The notes beneath the pieces were generated by a model. That model saw only the letters and a program-made list of their open reading frames with translations. It searched no databases and was not told the origin of the DNA. A stretch of 43,294 bases of DNA from a virus (Duplodnaviria > Caudoviricetes), in the IMG/VR virus record IMGVR_UViG_3300032024_000100, positions 1 through 43,294 of that record. The stretch is one strand, 5' to 3'. Below are positions 27,079 through 35,202 of the stretch, one piece after another (within the stretch, counting starts at the first letter, position 1; each line of letters starts with the position of its first letter). Position numbers and translations under genes: made by a program.

Positions 27079-27587
27079 CCGACCCGACCTCGTTCGTCTC
27101 AATCGCTCACCTCGAGCGCTTCTCCTACACCTTCAACGAGATCCTCCCGTCCGTCGCAAACATGCGCGGCAAATGGCCGATCGCGAACGCGAAGAAACGA
27201 TCGCGCGATCTCGTCGAGCTCGTCTGGCCTCGACACCTCCGCGGCGTTCTCCTCGGCCTCGAGTTCTTCGCGGTCTCGGTCGCCTTCACCCGGTTCCACA
27301 CCCGCGGCCCTGGCCTTGACTCCGAAGACAACCTCACCGCGGCGTTCAAGGCCGCGCGCGACGAGCTCACGCGCCAGGTGGGCCTGAAGAACGACAACGA
27401 TCCCCGGATCGTCTGGACCTACGCGCAGTGCCGCGCGACTCCGGCCGGGTGGGGGTTCGACGTCTCGATCTCCGCCAGCGATCTCTTGCTCCCGAAGGCG
27501 ATCCCGCCTCGAGCTCCCCCGAAGCAACGGAAGAACCGCGGCGCGGCCCGCGCGACTCCGAACACCCACCCGCCGCGGAGACCGTGA
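27075..27587 (+). CDS. rusA: RusA-like Holliday junction resolvase
   Basis: LDSEDNLTAAFKAARDEL...GLKNDNDPRIVWTYAQ (D..N..K..D...D). Confidence 0.75.
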   Translation: MTDPTSFVSIAHLERFSYTFNEILPSVANMRGKWPIANAKKRSRDLVELVWPRHLRGVLLGLEFFAVSVAFTRFHTRGPGLDSEDNLTAAFKAARDELTRQVGLKNDNDPRIVWTYAQCRATPAGWGFDVSISASDLLLPKAIPPRAPPKQRKNRGAARATPNTHPPRRP

Positions 27588-27591
27588 ACCC

Positions 27592-27735
27592 ATGGCAGAC
27601 ACGAAGACCCCTGATCAGTCGAAGAACGACGCGTTCAAGCGCATCCTGCGCGAGCTCTCCGACCTCCCCGCGTCCGATCGCGACTCGATCGTTCGCTCGC
27701 TCGTCACCTTCTACGAAGTGAAGATCTCCCCGTGA
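27592..27735 (+). CDS. Small hypothetical protein (47 aa), not in the ORF track
   Basis: MADTKTPDQSKNDAFKRILRELSDLPASDRDSIVRSLVTFYEVKISP*; GTGA-coupled to the next gene. Confidence 0.6.
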   Translation: MADTKTPDQSKNDAFKRILRELSDLPASDRDSIVRSLVTFYEVKISP

Positions 27736-28076
27736 GCCGCCCCAAACTGGCGGTCGTGGGCAACCCGGCGAACAACATCCCGCCAGGTGATCGGATGAAC
27801 GCCGGCGAGACCCCCGAGCCGACCTTCGACTGGAAGGCGTTCCAGGCCCGGCTCGACGCCGCGGGCCTGAAGTACGCGAAGGCCGAGAGCACGCCGGAGA
27901 AGACCGAGCCGTACACGACCGGGAAGGGAGAGCAGAAGACCCGGACGATCAAGCCGGGCCAGAAAGAGAAGTTCCGGGTCGTTCGCACCGACGGGAAGCG
28001 GCCGGAGGTTCTCGGCTACGGCTACAGCCCCTCGGAGGCGGTGAGCGCGGCGATCTTCCTCTACGGTGATCGGTGA
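27732..28076 (+). CDS. Hypothetical protein
   Basis: Coupled at both ends; Lys-rich. Confidence 0.65.
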   Translation: MSRPKLAVVGNPANNIPPGDRMNAGETPEPTFDWKAFQARLDAAGLKYAKAESTPEKTEPYTTGKGEQKTRTIKPGQKEKFRVVRTDGKRPEVLGYGYSPSEAVSAAIFLYGDR

Positions 28077-28531
28077 CTCCGGAGAAGTCGACGATCGAAG
28101 TCGAGAAGCCGGCCGCGGGTGAGGAGCTCCGCGGCCGGCCGCTCGAGGCCGTTCCCGCGGCGCTCGTTCGGCTCGACACGCGGCCCGGCTGGAAGATCCT
28201 CACCCGCGATCCGGAGGGGGAGTTCTGGCAAGGCTTCGGACCGAACGAAGGCCTGCGCGCGTGCATCACGGCCGACCTGATCGACGGGAAGATCTGGCGT
28301 CACCTCTCGATCTCGAGGCGGGCCCGGCTCCCCAGCTACGACGAGCTCGCGCGGGCCCGGCGTGACTTCCTCGGCCTCGAGCGTCCGGCCTATCAGGTGT
28401 TCCCGCCCTCGAAAGAGTTCGTGAACTTCCACACCTTCTGTCTTCACCTGTGGAGCCCGGTCGACCACGATCCCTTCCCGGATCCCGACATGGCCCGCGC
28501 CCAGGCGACGTTGGGGCTCTACCGGCGATGA
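28073..28531 (+). CDS. Conserved phage protein with W.H.S.S ... VN.H..CLHLW motif
   Basis: WRHLSISRRARLPSYDEL...QVFPPSKEFVNFHTFCLHLW. Confidence 0.8.
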   Translation: MTPEKSTIEVEKPAAGEELRGRPLEAVPAALVRLDTRPGWKILTRDPEGEFWQGFGPNEGLRACITADLIDGKIWRHLSISRRARLPSYDELARARRDFLGLERPAYQVFPPSKEFVNFHTFCLHLWSPVDHDPFPDPDMARAQATLGLYRR

Positions 28532-28959
28532 AGGAAGATCCGATCATCGCGTTGATCTGCCGGCGGGTGCGCGTCGTGTCGCGGCCCGTTCCCGCCGGCG
28601 TCGTCGGCCCTTGCTGGGAATGGCTCGGGTCCGCCGACGAGAAGGGGTACGGCCGGGTGACGATCTCCGGCGTCGTGTTCAAGGTTCACCGCCTGGCCTA
28701 CGCGCACCTGCGCGAACCCTTCCCGCTCGAGCTCGTGATCGATCACCTCTGCCGGAATCACCTCTGCTGCAACCCGACGCACCTCGAGCCGGTGACTTCG
28801 CGCGTGAACACCCTCCGCGGTGAGTCCCCGGCCGCGAAGCGCGCGCGGCAAACGAAGTGCATCGCCGGGCATGAGCTCGCCGGCGAGAACGTGTACACCC
28901 ACCCGAAGCGAGGCACCCGAGAGTGCCGCACCTGCAAGCGAGAACGGAGAGCAGCATGA
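28528..28959 (+). CDS. HNH endonuclease with a C-terminal Zn-binding domain
   Basis: CWEW.G...GYG...HRLAY...DHLCRN..CCNP.HLEPVT..VN..RG; C.AGH...RECRTC. Confidence 0.92.
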   Translation: MKEDPIIALICRRVRVVSRPVPAGVVGPCWEWLGSADEKGYGRVTISGVVFKVHRLAYAHLREPFPLELVIDHLCRNHLCCNPTHLEPVTSRVNTLRGESPAAKRARQTKCIAGHELAGENVYTHPKRGTRECRTCKRERRAA

Positions 28960-29612
28960 AGGCCGAGGAAGTTCGAAAGTACCCAACGATCAACGCGGAG
29001 AAGGCGAAGCGGAAGAGCCGCGCGAACCCGGAGCAAGTCGAGAGCGACTTCCCGAAAGACATTCCCGACGAGCGCTTCACGCCGGCCGAGGTCGTCGTCG
29101 AACTCCATCGGATCTACCGCTTCGACACCGACGCGTTCTGTCACGCGAAGGCGCCGAGCGCCGAGATCATCACGGCCGCCGGCGGGATCTTCTGGACGAA
29201 GCGAGACAACTCCCTGTCGAAGTCCTGGCGCGGCCGCCGGGTGTTCGCCCAGCCGCCCTACTCCAACCTCGACGAGTGCATTCAGAAGGGCTTCGACGAG
29301 ACCGCCGACGGGTGTCCGCTCGTCGTGTTCCTCGTTCCCAACTGGACCGATCGCGATTGGTGGCACCGCTTCGTCGAGCCGTACCGCGGCCGCAAGTTCC
29401 CCGCGCTCCTGCCCACGACTCCGAGGACGCCGACGAGGCTCGCGCCGCGCGTGATCGACGCGCGCTTCCTCCCGGGCCGGATGACGTTCGGCAACCCGAA
29501 GATCCCGGACATGAAGATCGAGAACAAGCGGCGGAAGGCGCTCGGCCTGAAGAGCGTCACCCAGGCGCAGTTCGGGATGGTCTTGATCGAAATGTGGGGG
29601 AGGTGCGCTTGA
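28956..29612 (+). CDS. Phage Dam-family N6-adenine methyltransferase
   Basis: ERFTP, FDTDAF, DNSLSKSW, VFAQPPYS, VVFLVP..TD..WW, RFLPGRMTF. Confidence 0.85.
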   Translation: MKAEEVRKYPTINAEKAKRKSRANPEQVESDFPKDIPDERFTPAEVVVELHRIYRFDTDAFCHAKAPSAEIITAAGGIFWTKRDNSLSKSWRGRRVFAQPPYSNLDECIQKGFDETADGCPLVVFLVPNWTDRDWWHRFVEPYRGRKFPALLPTTPRTPTRLAPRVIDARFLPGRMTFGNPKIPDMKIENKRRKALGLKSVTQAQFGMVLIEMWGRCA

Positions 29613-30121
29613 GCGCCACGACCCGAAGCATGAAGCGGCTCGAGCGCTGGCTCGAGCTCCGCGGGAACCTCACCGCCGACGAGCGCGAGATCCTCGCCGA
29701 CGTTCTCGAGGAAGCGCGGAAGGCGCAGATCGCCGCGTTCAAGATCGAGGAGCTCGCGAAGGAACTCGCCCGCTCGAACGACTCGCTGACCGATGCGCGC
29801 GCGAAGCTCCGCATGTGCTCCGCCGGCGTCGAGGACGTCTGGTTTTGGGAGAGCCACACCGACCGAGCGGCCGAGCTCGAGGCGAACGATCCGGCCTCCC
29901 TGGCGTGTCCGGTCGTCATGCCGGCCGCGCGCCTCCGCGCCTTCGTTCACCTGATCGAGTCCCTCGAGGGCCAGCTTGCGGCCGCGATCGGCGGGGTGAA
30001 CGACGCCTGCGCGATCGTGAAGATCTACGAGTCGGCGATCCAGATCATCGCGCGCCGGCGCTCCGCCGATGCGGCCGAGGTCGCGCAGAAGGCGCTCGAC
30101 GAAGTGAGGGCCCTCCTGTGA
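29609..30121 (+). CDS. Hypothetical coiled-coil protein
   Basis: TTGA coupling, SD GGAGG; DVWFW...SLACPVVM. Confidence 0.65.
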   Translation: MSATTRSMKRLERWLELRGNLTADEREILADVLEEARKAQIAAFKIEELAKELARSNDSLTDARAKLRMCSAGVEDVWFWESHTDRAAELEANDPASLACPVVMPAARLRAFVHLIESLEGQLAAAIGGVNDACAIVKIYESAIQIIARRRSADAAEVAQKALDEVRALL

Positions 30122-30642
30122 TCAAGACCGCCGAGATCTCCGCCGACGGTCTCTTCCGCTACCGCCTCGAGCGTGACTGGACCGGGCCCCTCACCCGCCG
30201 CACGGTGACGTTCGTCATGCTCAACCCGTCGACGGCCGACGCCAACCTCGACGACCCGACGATCCGGCGGTGCATCGGGTTCGCCGAGACCTTCGACTTC
30301 ACGCGGCTTCTCGTCGTCAATCTCTTCGCCTTCCGCGCGACCTCCCCGAAGGATCTCACCGCACGGATCGCCGAGAAGACCTGGGCGGCCGAGGCCTTCC
30401 CTCACGCGGCCGGCGTCGAGAACCCCGCGCACCTCCGCGCGGCCGCGCTCGAGGCGGAGGCCGTCGTGTTCGCATGGGGGGCCTACGATCCGCCCTCGCG
30501 CTCCGTTCGGGGCCTCGCAATCGCGGCCGCGGAAGCCGCAACGGCGGGCCGGCCGGTCTTCACCCTCGGCACAACGAAGAGCGGCGCGCCGAAACACCCG
30601 CTCTACCTGGCGGCCGACACGCGGCTGGTGTCGTGGAAATGA
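30118..30642 (+). CDS. DUF1643-family protein
   Basis: FRYRLER.W, FVMLNPSTADANLDDPTIRRC, VNLFAFRAT.PKDL, AWG, PKHPLY. Confidence 0.92.
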   Translation: MIKTAEISADGLFRYRLERDWTGPLTRRTVTFVMLNPSTADANLDDPTIRRCIGFAETFDFTRLLVVNLFAFRATSPKDLTARIAEKTWAAEAFPHAAGVENPAHLRAAALEAEAVVFAWGAYDPPSRSVRGLAIAAAEAATAGRPVFTLGTTKSGAPKHPLYLAADTRLVSWK

Positions 30643-30830
30643 GGCCCCGCCGAAAGTTTTCGTCCGCGATTTTTGCGCTCCGACTCCTCGTCGACCTGGC
30701 GCTCGAGCCGCTCCGCCGCGCGTGGTGCGCGCGCTTCGGTCACCGCGTCGTGCGTGACTCACGCGGCGCGCCGGTGACCGACTTCGAGGTGTGCGCGCGG
30801 TGCGGCAAGTTCGACCGGAGGCTTCCGTGA
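30639..30830 (+). CDS. Small Zn-ribbon protein (C..FGH...C.RCG)
   Basis: ATGA-coupled; WCARFGH...CARCG. Confidence 0.65.
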   Translation: MRPRRKFSSAIFALRLLVDLALEPLRRAWCARFGHRVVRDSRGAPVTDFEVCARCGKFDRRLP

Positions 30831-31330
30831 GCCCGGCGCGCTTCGTCCCTCCGCCCGTCCCGCCGAAGATCCCCGGGCCGCACTGCATGGTTTGCAAGCG
30901 CGACCTCGAGACCCGGCCCGTTCCCCGCCAGGTCACCTCGACGAGGCCGTGCCGCCAGTGCAACGGGACCGGCTTCCGGCGCTCGACCGAGCTCGGTCTC
31001 GTCACCGGCGATTGCGAGGCGCCGAACTGCAACCGCGGCCGCATCGCGACCGGGAAGACCTTCACGAAGCACGTTCACATGAAGCCCGCGCAAGTCGTGA
31101 TCGCGTGCCACGTCGAGGGATCGCACGAACGCGCGAACCTCCCGGCCGACATTCGGACCGAGAAACGGGGAGGCCGCACCTCGGCCGGCGCCCTCGGCCC
31201 GATGCGTGAGCGGATCCTCGGTTGGGAGCTCCGCGTGTGCGTCACCTGTATTCAGGGGAGATCCTTCGCCGAAGTCGTAGCGGTAGCCCTCGATCATCGG
31301 CTCGAGTCCGAAGAACCCGGGAAGGCGTGA
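30827..31330 (+). CDS. Cys-rich Zn-finger protein
   Basis: CMVC, CRQCNGTG, CEAPNCNRG, CVTC. Confidence 0.65.
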   Translation: MSPARFVPPPVPPKIPGPHCMVCKRDLETRPVPRQVTSTRPCRQCNGTGFRRSTELGLVTGDCEAPNCNRGRIATGKTFTKHVHMKPAQVVIACHVEGSHERANLPADIRTEKRGGRTSAGALGPMRERILGWELRVCVTCIQGRSFAEVVAVALDHRLESEEPGKA

Positions 31331-31342
31331 TACTGATCCCCT

Positions 31343-31420
31343 GGCGTCGTGTGTCCTCTCCGTTCCGCGACGCAACGAAGGCTGCGCGCGGGTTCTCCCG
31401 TTCGCGGCCTTCGTCATTTC
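31343..31420 (+). ncRNA. Candidate two-hairpin small RNA whose loop is antisense to the GAACGGAGAG RBS element
   Basis: Stem GCGTCGTG/CGCGACGC with loop TGTCCTCTCCGTTC; second stem ACGAAGGCTGCG/CGCGGCCTTCGT followed by CATTTC; three G-U pairs favour the + strand. Confidence 0.6.
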
Positions 31421-31437
31421 GTAGATAGGAGTTCCGA

Positions 31438-32664
31438 ATGCTGCGTCTCGAATACCTCCCGCTCGACTCCCTTACGCCGGCGAAGCGCAACGCGAAGCGT
31501 CACCACGCCGACATTGCGACGAGCCTCACCCGGTTTGGTCTCGCCGAGGTCGCCGGCATCGTCGACGAGCGCACGGGCCGACTCCTCGGAGGTCACGGCC
31601 GCGTCGAGGCCCTTCGCGCGTTGAAGGCCCGCGGCGCCCCTCTCCCCGCCGGCGTCGAGGATCGCGGCGGTGCCTGGTACGTCCCGGTCCTTCTCGGTTG
31701 GAGCTCGACCGGCGACGAGGAAGCGGAAGCCGCGCTGCTCGCGTTGAACTCGCTCACGACCGCCGGCGGGTGGAACCCCCTCGAGCTCAACGAGACCTTG
31801 AAGGCGATCGGCGAAGACCGCGCGCAAGGCCTCGGCTTCGACAAGGGACTCCTCGAGAGCGTGTTCGGGAAGGGAGAGGCCGGCGACGACGACGCGGGAG
31901 AGCCGGAGCCCTCGGCCGAGGTGTGGGTGCAGGAAGGGACGCTCTTCGCGCTCGGCTCTCACCGGCTCTTCGTCGGCGACTCCCTCACCGTCGACGGCCG
32001 CGCGCGTCTCTTCGGCGCCGAGCGCTTCGCCGATTGCATCCTGACCGATCCGCCCTACGCGATCTTCGGCTCGAGCTCGGGGATCGGGAGCGACATTGCA
32101 GACGACAAAATGGTGATCCCGTTCTTTGAGGCGTTCTTCAAGGCGTGCGCCGAGCGGCTCAAGTGGGCCGGGCACCTCTACACCTTCACCGACTGGCGAT
32201 CGTGGGCCGCCCTGTGGAACGCAGTGAAGCGCGTCGACGTGATCAAGCCGAAGAACGGCCTGGTGTGGACGAAGAACGGGAGCGGCCTCGGCTCGAACTA
32301 CGCGATGACGAACGAGTGGTGCCTGTTCGCTCATAAGCTCGAGGTCGACAAGTCCATGAGCTCGGGGAGCAAGGGGATCCGTCCCGTGCTCCGGCCGAAC
32401 GTGTTCACCTACAACCGGCCGAGCGGTGAGGAGCGGTTGCACAACGCGGCGAAGCCGGTCGCGATGCTCGAGGAAATGATCGCGAACTCGACCGACGCCG
32501 GCGAGCTCGTCTGGGATCCGTTCTGTGGAAGCGGGTCGACCATGATCGCCGCGGAGAACATCGGCCGGCGGTGCTACCTCGGCGAGGTCACGCCGAAGAA
32601 CGCACAGATCGCGATCGAGCGCTGGCAACGCAAGACCGGCCGCACGGCCGAGATCATCGACTGA
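31438..32664 (+). CDS. ParB-like domain fused to a beta-class N6A/N4C DNA methyltransferase
   Basis: RNAKRH...SL.RFG...GGHGRVEAL; LGSHRL..GDS; ILTDPPY; H...KPV; DPFCGSGSTMIAAE..GRRC. Confidence 0.93.
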   Translation: MLRLEYLPLDSLTPAKRNAKRHHADIATSLTRFGLAEVAGIVDERTGRLLGGHGRVEALRALKARGAPLPAGVEDRGGAWYVPVLLGWSSTGDEEAEAALLALNSLTTAGGWNPLELNETLKAIGEDRAQGLGFDKGLLESVFGKGEAGDDDAGEPEPSAEVWVQEGTLFALGSHRLFVGDSLTVDGRARLFGAERFADCILTDPPYAIFGSSSGIGSDIADDKMVIPFFEAFFKACAERLKWAGHLYTFTDWRSWAALWNAVKRVDVIKPKNGLVWTKNGSGLGSNYAMTNEWCLFAHKLEVDKSMSSGSKGIRPVLRPNVFTYNRPSGEERLHNAAKPVAMLEEMIANSTDAGELVWDPFCGSGSTMIAAENIGRRCYLGEVTPKNAQIAIERWQRKTGRTAEIID

Positions 32665-33661
32665 AGAGCGCGGTCAACCCGTGGGCTTCGAGGAAGAGTC
32701 GGACGGCGACACAGAACTCGATCGCTTGCGGTAGGACGATGGCGTTCCCGTAGGCGCGCAAGCATCCCACGCGGCCGACAGACCCATGAGCCAGCGGGAA
32801 AAGGCCGGGTTTAGTTGGCCGGGCTTTCCCGTCGCGACAGGGGAGCCACTCGACGTCGGCCCAGTGGCCGTTAGTTGGGCCTGGCGCGGCAACTGGTCGA
32901 GCCTCGAGTCGCGCGCGCTCGGCGTCACCCACCCAACCAACTGCGCCTGGTGCGCGAGGCTCGTCACCGACTGGCCGCAACTCAGGCCCTCTTTCCGATC
33001 GAGCGCTTGCTCCGGCGTACCCCCGGGGGTGTTCGCCGTCGGCGTCCCCCAACCCGCCGGAGCCAGTTTCGCCGCGTCGTTCAACCCCGCCCCGTAGTCC
33101 TTCCGGAGGGCTCGCGCTTCCACTCCCTCGTGGTGATTGCTCGCGAGCGGGGTCGGCCAACCGGACGGCGCAGAAGTAGAGCCGTTGTCGAATGTGCGGA
33201 GCACCGAAGCCCGCTGCGCAGAGATCAAACGCCCCGACGGCGTAGCCCTCTCCTTCCAAGTCAGCCGATACAAGGTCGAGCCAAGCAAGGCCGTCCGGGC
33301 TCGCAACCTGCTCTCCAAGAATGACTTCAGGTCTTCCGATCTGAATGAGCTTGAACCAATCGGGCCAGAGGTGGCGCTCGTCGGCGAAGCCGTCGCCGGC
33401 GCCGGCATCGGAGAACGGCTGACAGGGACAGGAGCCGGTCCAAACGGAAGCGAGATCTGAGAAGCCAGCGGCCCGGAGAGCGGCCGCCCAGACCCCGATT
33501 CCGGCAAAGAAATGACGCTGGCCTGGCCCGGCAAGATCGGCCGGCGTGAGTTCTTTGATACTTCGTCCATCGACCACTCCTCGGGGAAGGTGACCTGCGG
33601 CGATCAAGTTACGAAGCCACTCTGCCGCGAATGGCTCGATCTCGTTGTAGATGGCTTGCAT
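32654..33661 (-). CDS. C5-cytosine DNA methyltransferase, large (alpha) polypeptide
   Basis: Motif I HFFAGIG, IV GSCPCQPFS, VI GEQV, VIII APHIRQRLYF, X LRAYGNAIV; motif IX absent. Confidence 0.9.
   Translation of the reverse strand: MQAIYNEIEPFAAEWLRNLIAAGHLPRGVVDGRSIKELTPADLAGPGQRHFFAGIGVWAAALRAAGFSDLASVWTGSCPCQPFSDAGAGDGFADERHLWPDWFKLIQIGRPEVILGEQVASPDGLAWLDLVSADLEGEGYAVGAFDLCAAGFGAPHIRQRLYFCAVRLADPAREQSPRGSGSASPPEGLRGGVERRGETGSGGLGDADGEHPRGYAGASARSERGPELRPVGDEPRAPGAVGWVGDAERARLEARPVAAPGPTNGHWADVEWLPCRDGKARPTKPGLFPLAHGSVGRVGCLRAYGNAIVLPQAIEFCVAVRLFLEAHGLTALFSR
32674..33408 (-). CDS. Nested alternative-frame C5 methyltransferase small (beta) polypeptide; start uncertain
   Basis: GSTLYRLTWK..ATPSGR, three GW.TP repeats, and motif IX-like GQLNPAFSRWLMGL...W; lies wholly inside the alpha gene. 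Confidence 0.8.
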   Translation of the reverse strand: MPAPATASPTSATSGPIGSSSFRSEDLKSFLESRLRARTALLGSTLYRLTWKERATPSGRLISAQRASVLRTFDNGSTSAPSGWPTPLASNHHEGVEARALRKDYGAGLNDAAKLAPAGWGTPTANTPGGTPEQALDRKEGLSCGQSVTSLAHQAQLVGWVTPSARDSRLDQLPRQAQLTATGPTSSGSPVATGKPGQLNPAFSRWLMGLSAAWDACAPTGTPSSYRKRSSSVSPSDSSSKPTG

Positions 33662-33708
33662 TGCTCTCCGTTCTTCGGCGCCGACCTTTTCAGTACGCGC
33701 GCCACGTG

Positions 33709-34086
33709 TCAACGGCCGAGGATCTCGCGCGCGGCGCGGCGAATGATCCCCGCGGCGCCTTCGAGCATCCGCGCGCGACTCTCGTCGCGACTGCGCTCGA
33801 CGCGGCCGAGATCGGTCTCGGAGGGAGGCGACTCGAGGCCCTCGAGCGTGAGCTCCTCGATCACCTCGAGGGCGGTCGCGAGGAGGTGAGCGTGTTCGGT
33901 CGAGACCGTGAGCACCGCCGGCGCGACGAGGGACGGCCGCCAGGTCTCGAGGTCTTCGCGGATCGCCTTCAACTCCGCGGCGCTCTCCGGGGTGTTGTCG
34001 GCCGCCAGGTCGAGCGCCTCGACGTAGAGGGCCTGCTCCGCGAGGGTCTCGAGCTTGATCGTGATCGTCTTCTCAAAGTGAACCAT
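33709..34086 (-). CDS. Hypothetical acidic helical protein
   Basis: GAACGGAGA RBS; promoter TTGACG-N17-CATTGT upstream. Confidence 0.7.
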   Translation of the reverse strand: MVHFEKTITIKLETLAEQALYVEALDLAADNTPESAAELKAIREDLETWRPSLVAPAVLTVSTEHAHLLATALEVIEELTLEGLESPPSETDLGRVERSRDESRARMLEGAAGIIRRAAREILGR

Positions 34087-34127
34087 GGGGCTTCTCCGTT
34101 CGCCGGGCTCGACCTCCCGGGATCCAC

Positions 34128-34229
34128 ACAATGACGCGCGCCGCGACACGCGTCAAGCGCGAAAGAGCCGACTCGCCGCGTCATGGTCCGATCTGGAGAC
34201 TTGACAGGGTGCCGCGCCGTTCGTAGGGT
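34128..34229. promoter_or_regulatory. Divergent promoter pair
   Basis: Minus strand: TTGACG-N17-CATTGT (34156-34128); plus strand: TTGACA-N17-TAGGGT (34201-34229). Confidence 0.75.
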
Positions 34230-34236
34230 TTGGCTC

Positions 34237-35202
34237 ATGAACACGACCCCGACCGCCCTCGACCTCCTCGAGCAAGAGAACAAGCACTTCCACTCCGGGA
34301 TCAACGCACCCGGCGAGGTCCGCGGGATGGCGGGCCGCATCGGCGTCTCGGTCGCGGAGCCCCTCGCCTCCGGCCGCGTCGGTCTCCTCGAGGCCCTCGC
34401 CGAGCGCGCGGAGCTCACCCGGACGGCGCTCTTCGTCGACTCCGGCGCCTTCTCCGAAATGAACTTCCCGAAGAACGCGGCGCCGACCCTGAAGAAACTG
34501 ATCACGCACGCCGAGTGGGTGCAGCGGCTCTCGATCTACGCCGAGCTTGCGAGCTACTTCCGCACGCGCTGCTACATCGTCGCGCCTGACATGGTGGCGA
34601 ATCAGGCCGAGACCCTCGCGCGCCTCGTTCGCTACGGCCGGATCATCCGCGAGATCGCCTACACGCACCGTTGCCAGGTGATCGTCCCGGTCCAAAAAGG
34701 CGCGGCGAGCATGGCCGAGTTCTTCGCGACCGAGCTCCGGATCCTCAACCTCGGCGCCGATTGCGCCGGCGACGCGATCTACCCAATCGCCGGGATCCCG
34801 ATGAAGAAAGACGCGACGACGATCGAAGAGCTCGAGGAGTTCGCGCGCCACATGCCGGCCGACGGCCGCTTTCACCTCCTCGGCCTCGGCCCGAAGAACG
34901 ACCGCTGGCCCCTGGCGATCGCCGCGATCCTTCGTCAGTGCCCGGAGGCCGATATCACGAGCGACTCGGGGACCCTGCAAAGCCTGATCGGCACGACGAA
35001 CGGACGCGCCGGCGGGCCTCGCGCGTACACCGAACATCAACACCTCGAGAAGGCGCGGAGCGGGAAGACCGGGAACCCGTTGAAGGAAGTCGCCGCGGCC
35101 GCGGTCTCCTACGAGATCCACATGCGCGACCTGGCTCGCCGCTACGAGGCCGGCTGGTCGGATCCCGAGCTCGAAGGCTTCCGCCCTGGCTTCGACACTT
35201 GA
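34237..35202 (+). CDS. dpdA: DpdA/TGT-like deazaguanine DNA transglycosylase
   Basis: Ordered TGT-fold motifs LFVDSGAFS, VAPDMV, IVPVQKG, FHLLGLG, ITSDSG. Confidence 0.75.
   Translation: MNTTPTALDLLEQENKHFHSGINAPGEVRGMAGRIGVSVAEPLASGRVGLLEALAERAELTRTALFVDSGAFSEMNFPKNAAPTLKKLITHAEWVQRLSIYAELASYFRTRCYIVAPDMVANQAETLARLVRYGRIIREIAYTHRCQVIVPVQKGAASMAEFFATELRILNLGADCAGDAIYPIAGIPMKKDATTIEELEEFARHMPADGRFHLLGLGPKNDRWPLAIAAILRQCPEADITSDSGTLQSLIGTTNGRAGGPRAYTEHQHLEKARSGKTGNPLKEVAAAAVSYEIHMRDLARRYEAGWSDPELEGFRPGFDT

Noticed and set aside
30500-30508. GCTCCGTTC, an 8/9 match to the RBS motif on the minus strand
   Set aside because: It lies inside the DUF1643 coding sequence and is imperfect, so it is consistent with chance.
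31438-31900. ParB-like domain as a plasmid partition system
   Set aside because: ParB-methyltransferase fusions are common in phages, and I found no ParA or parS array.
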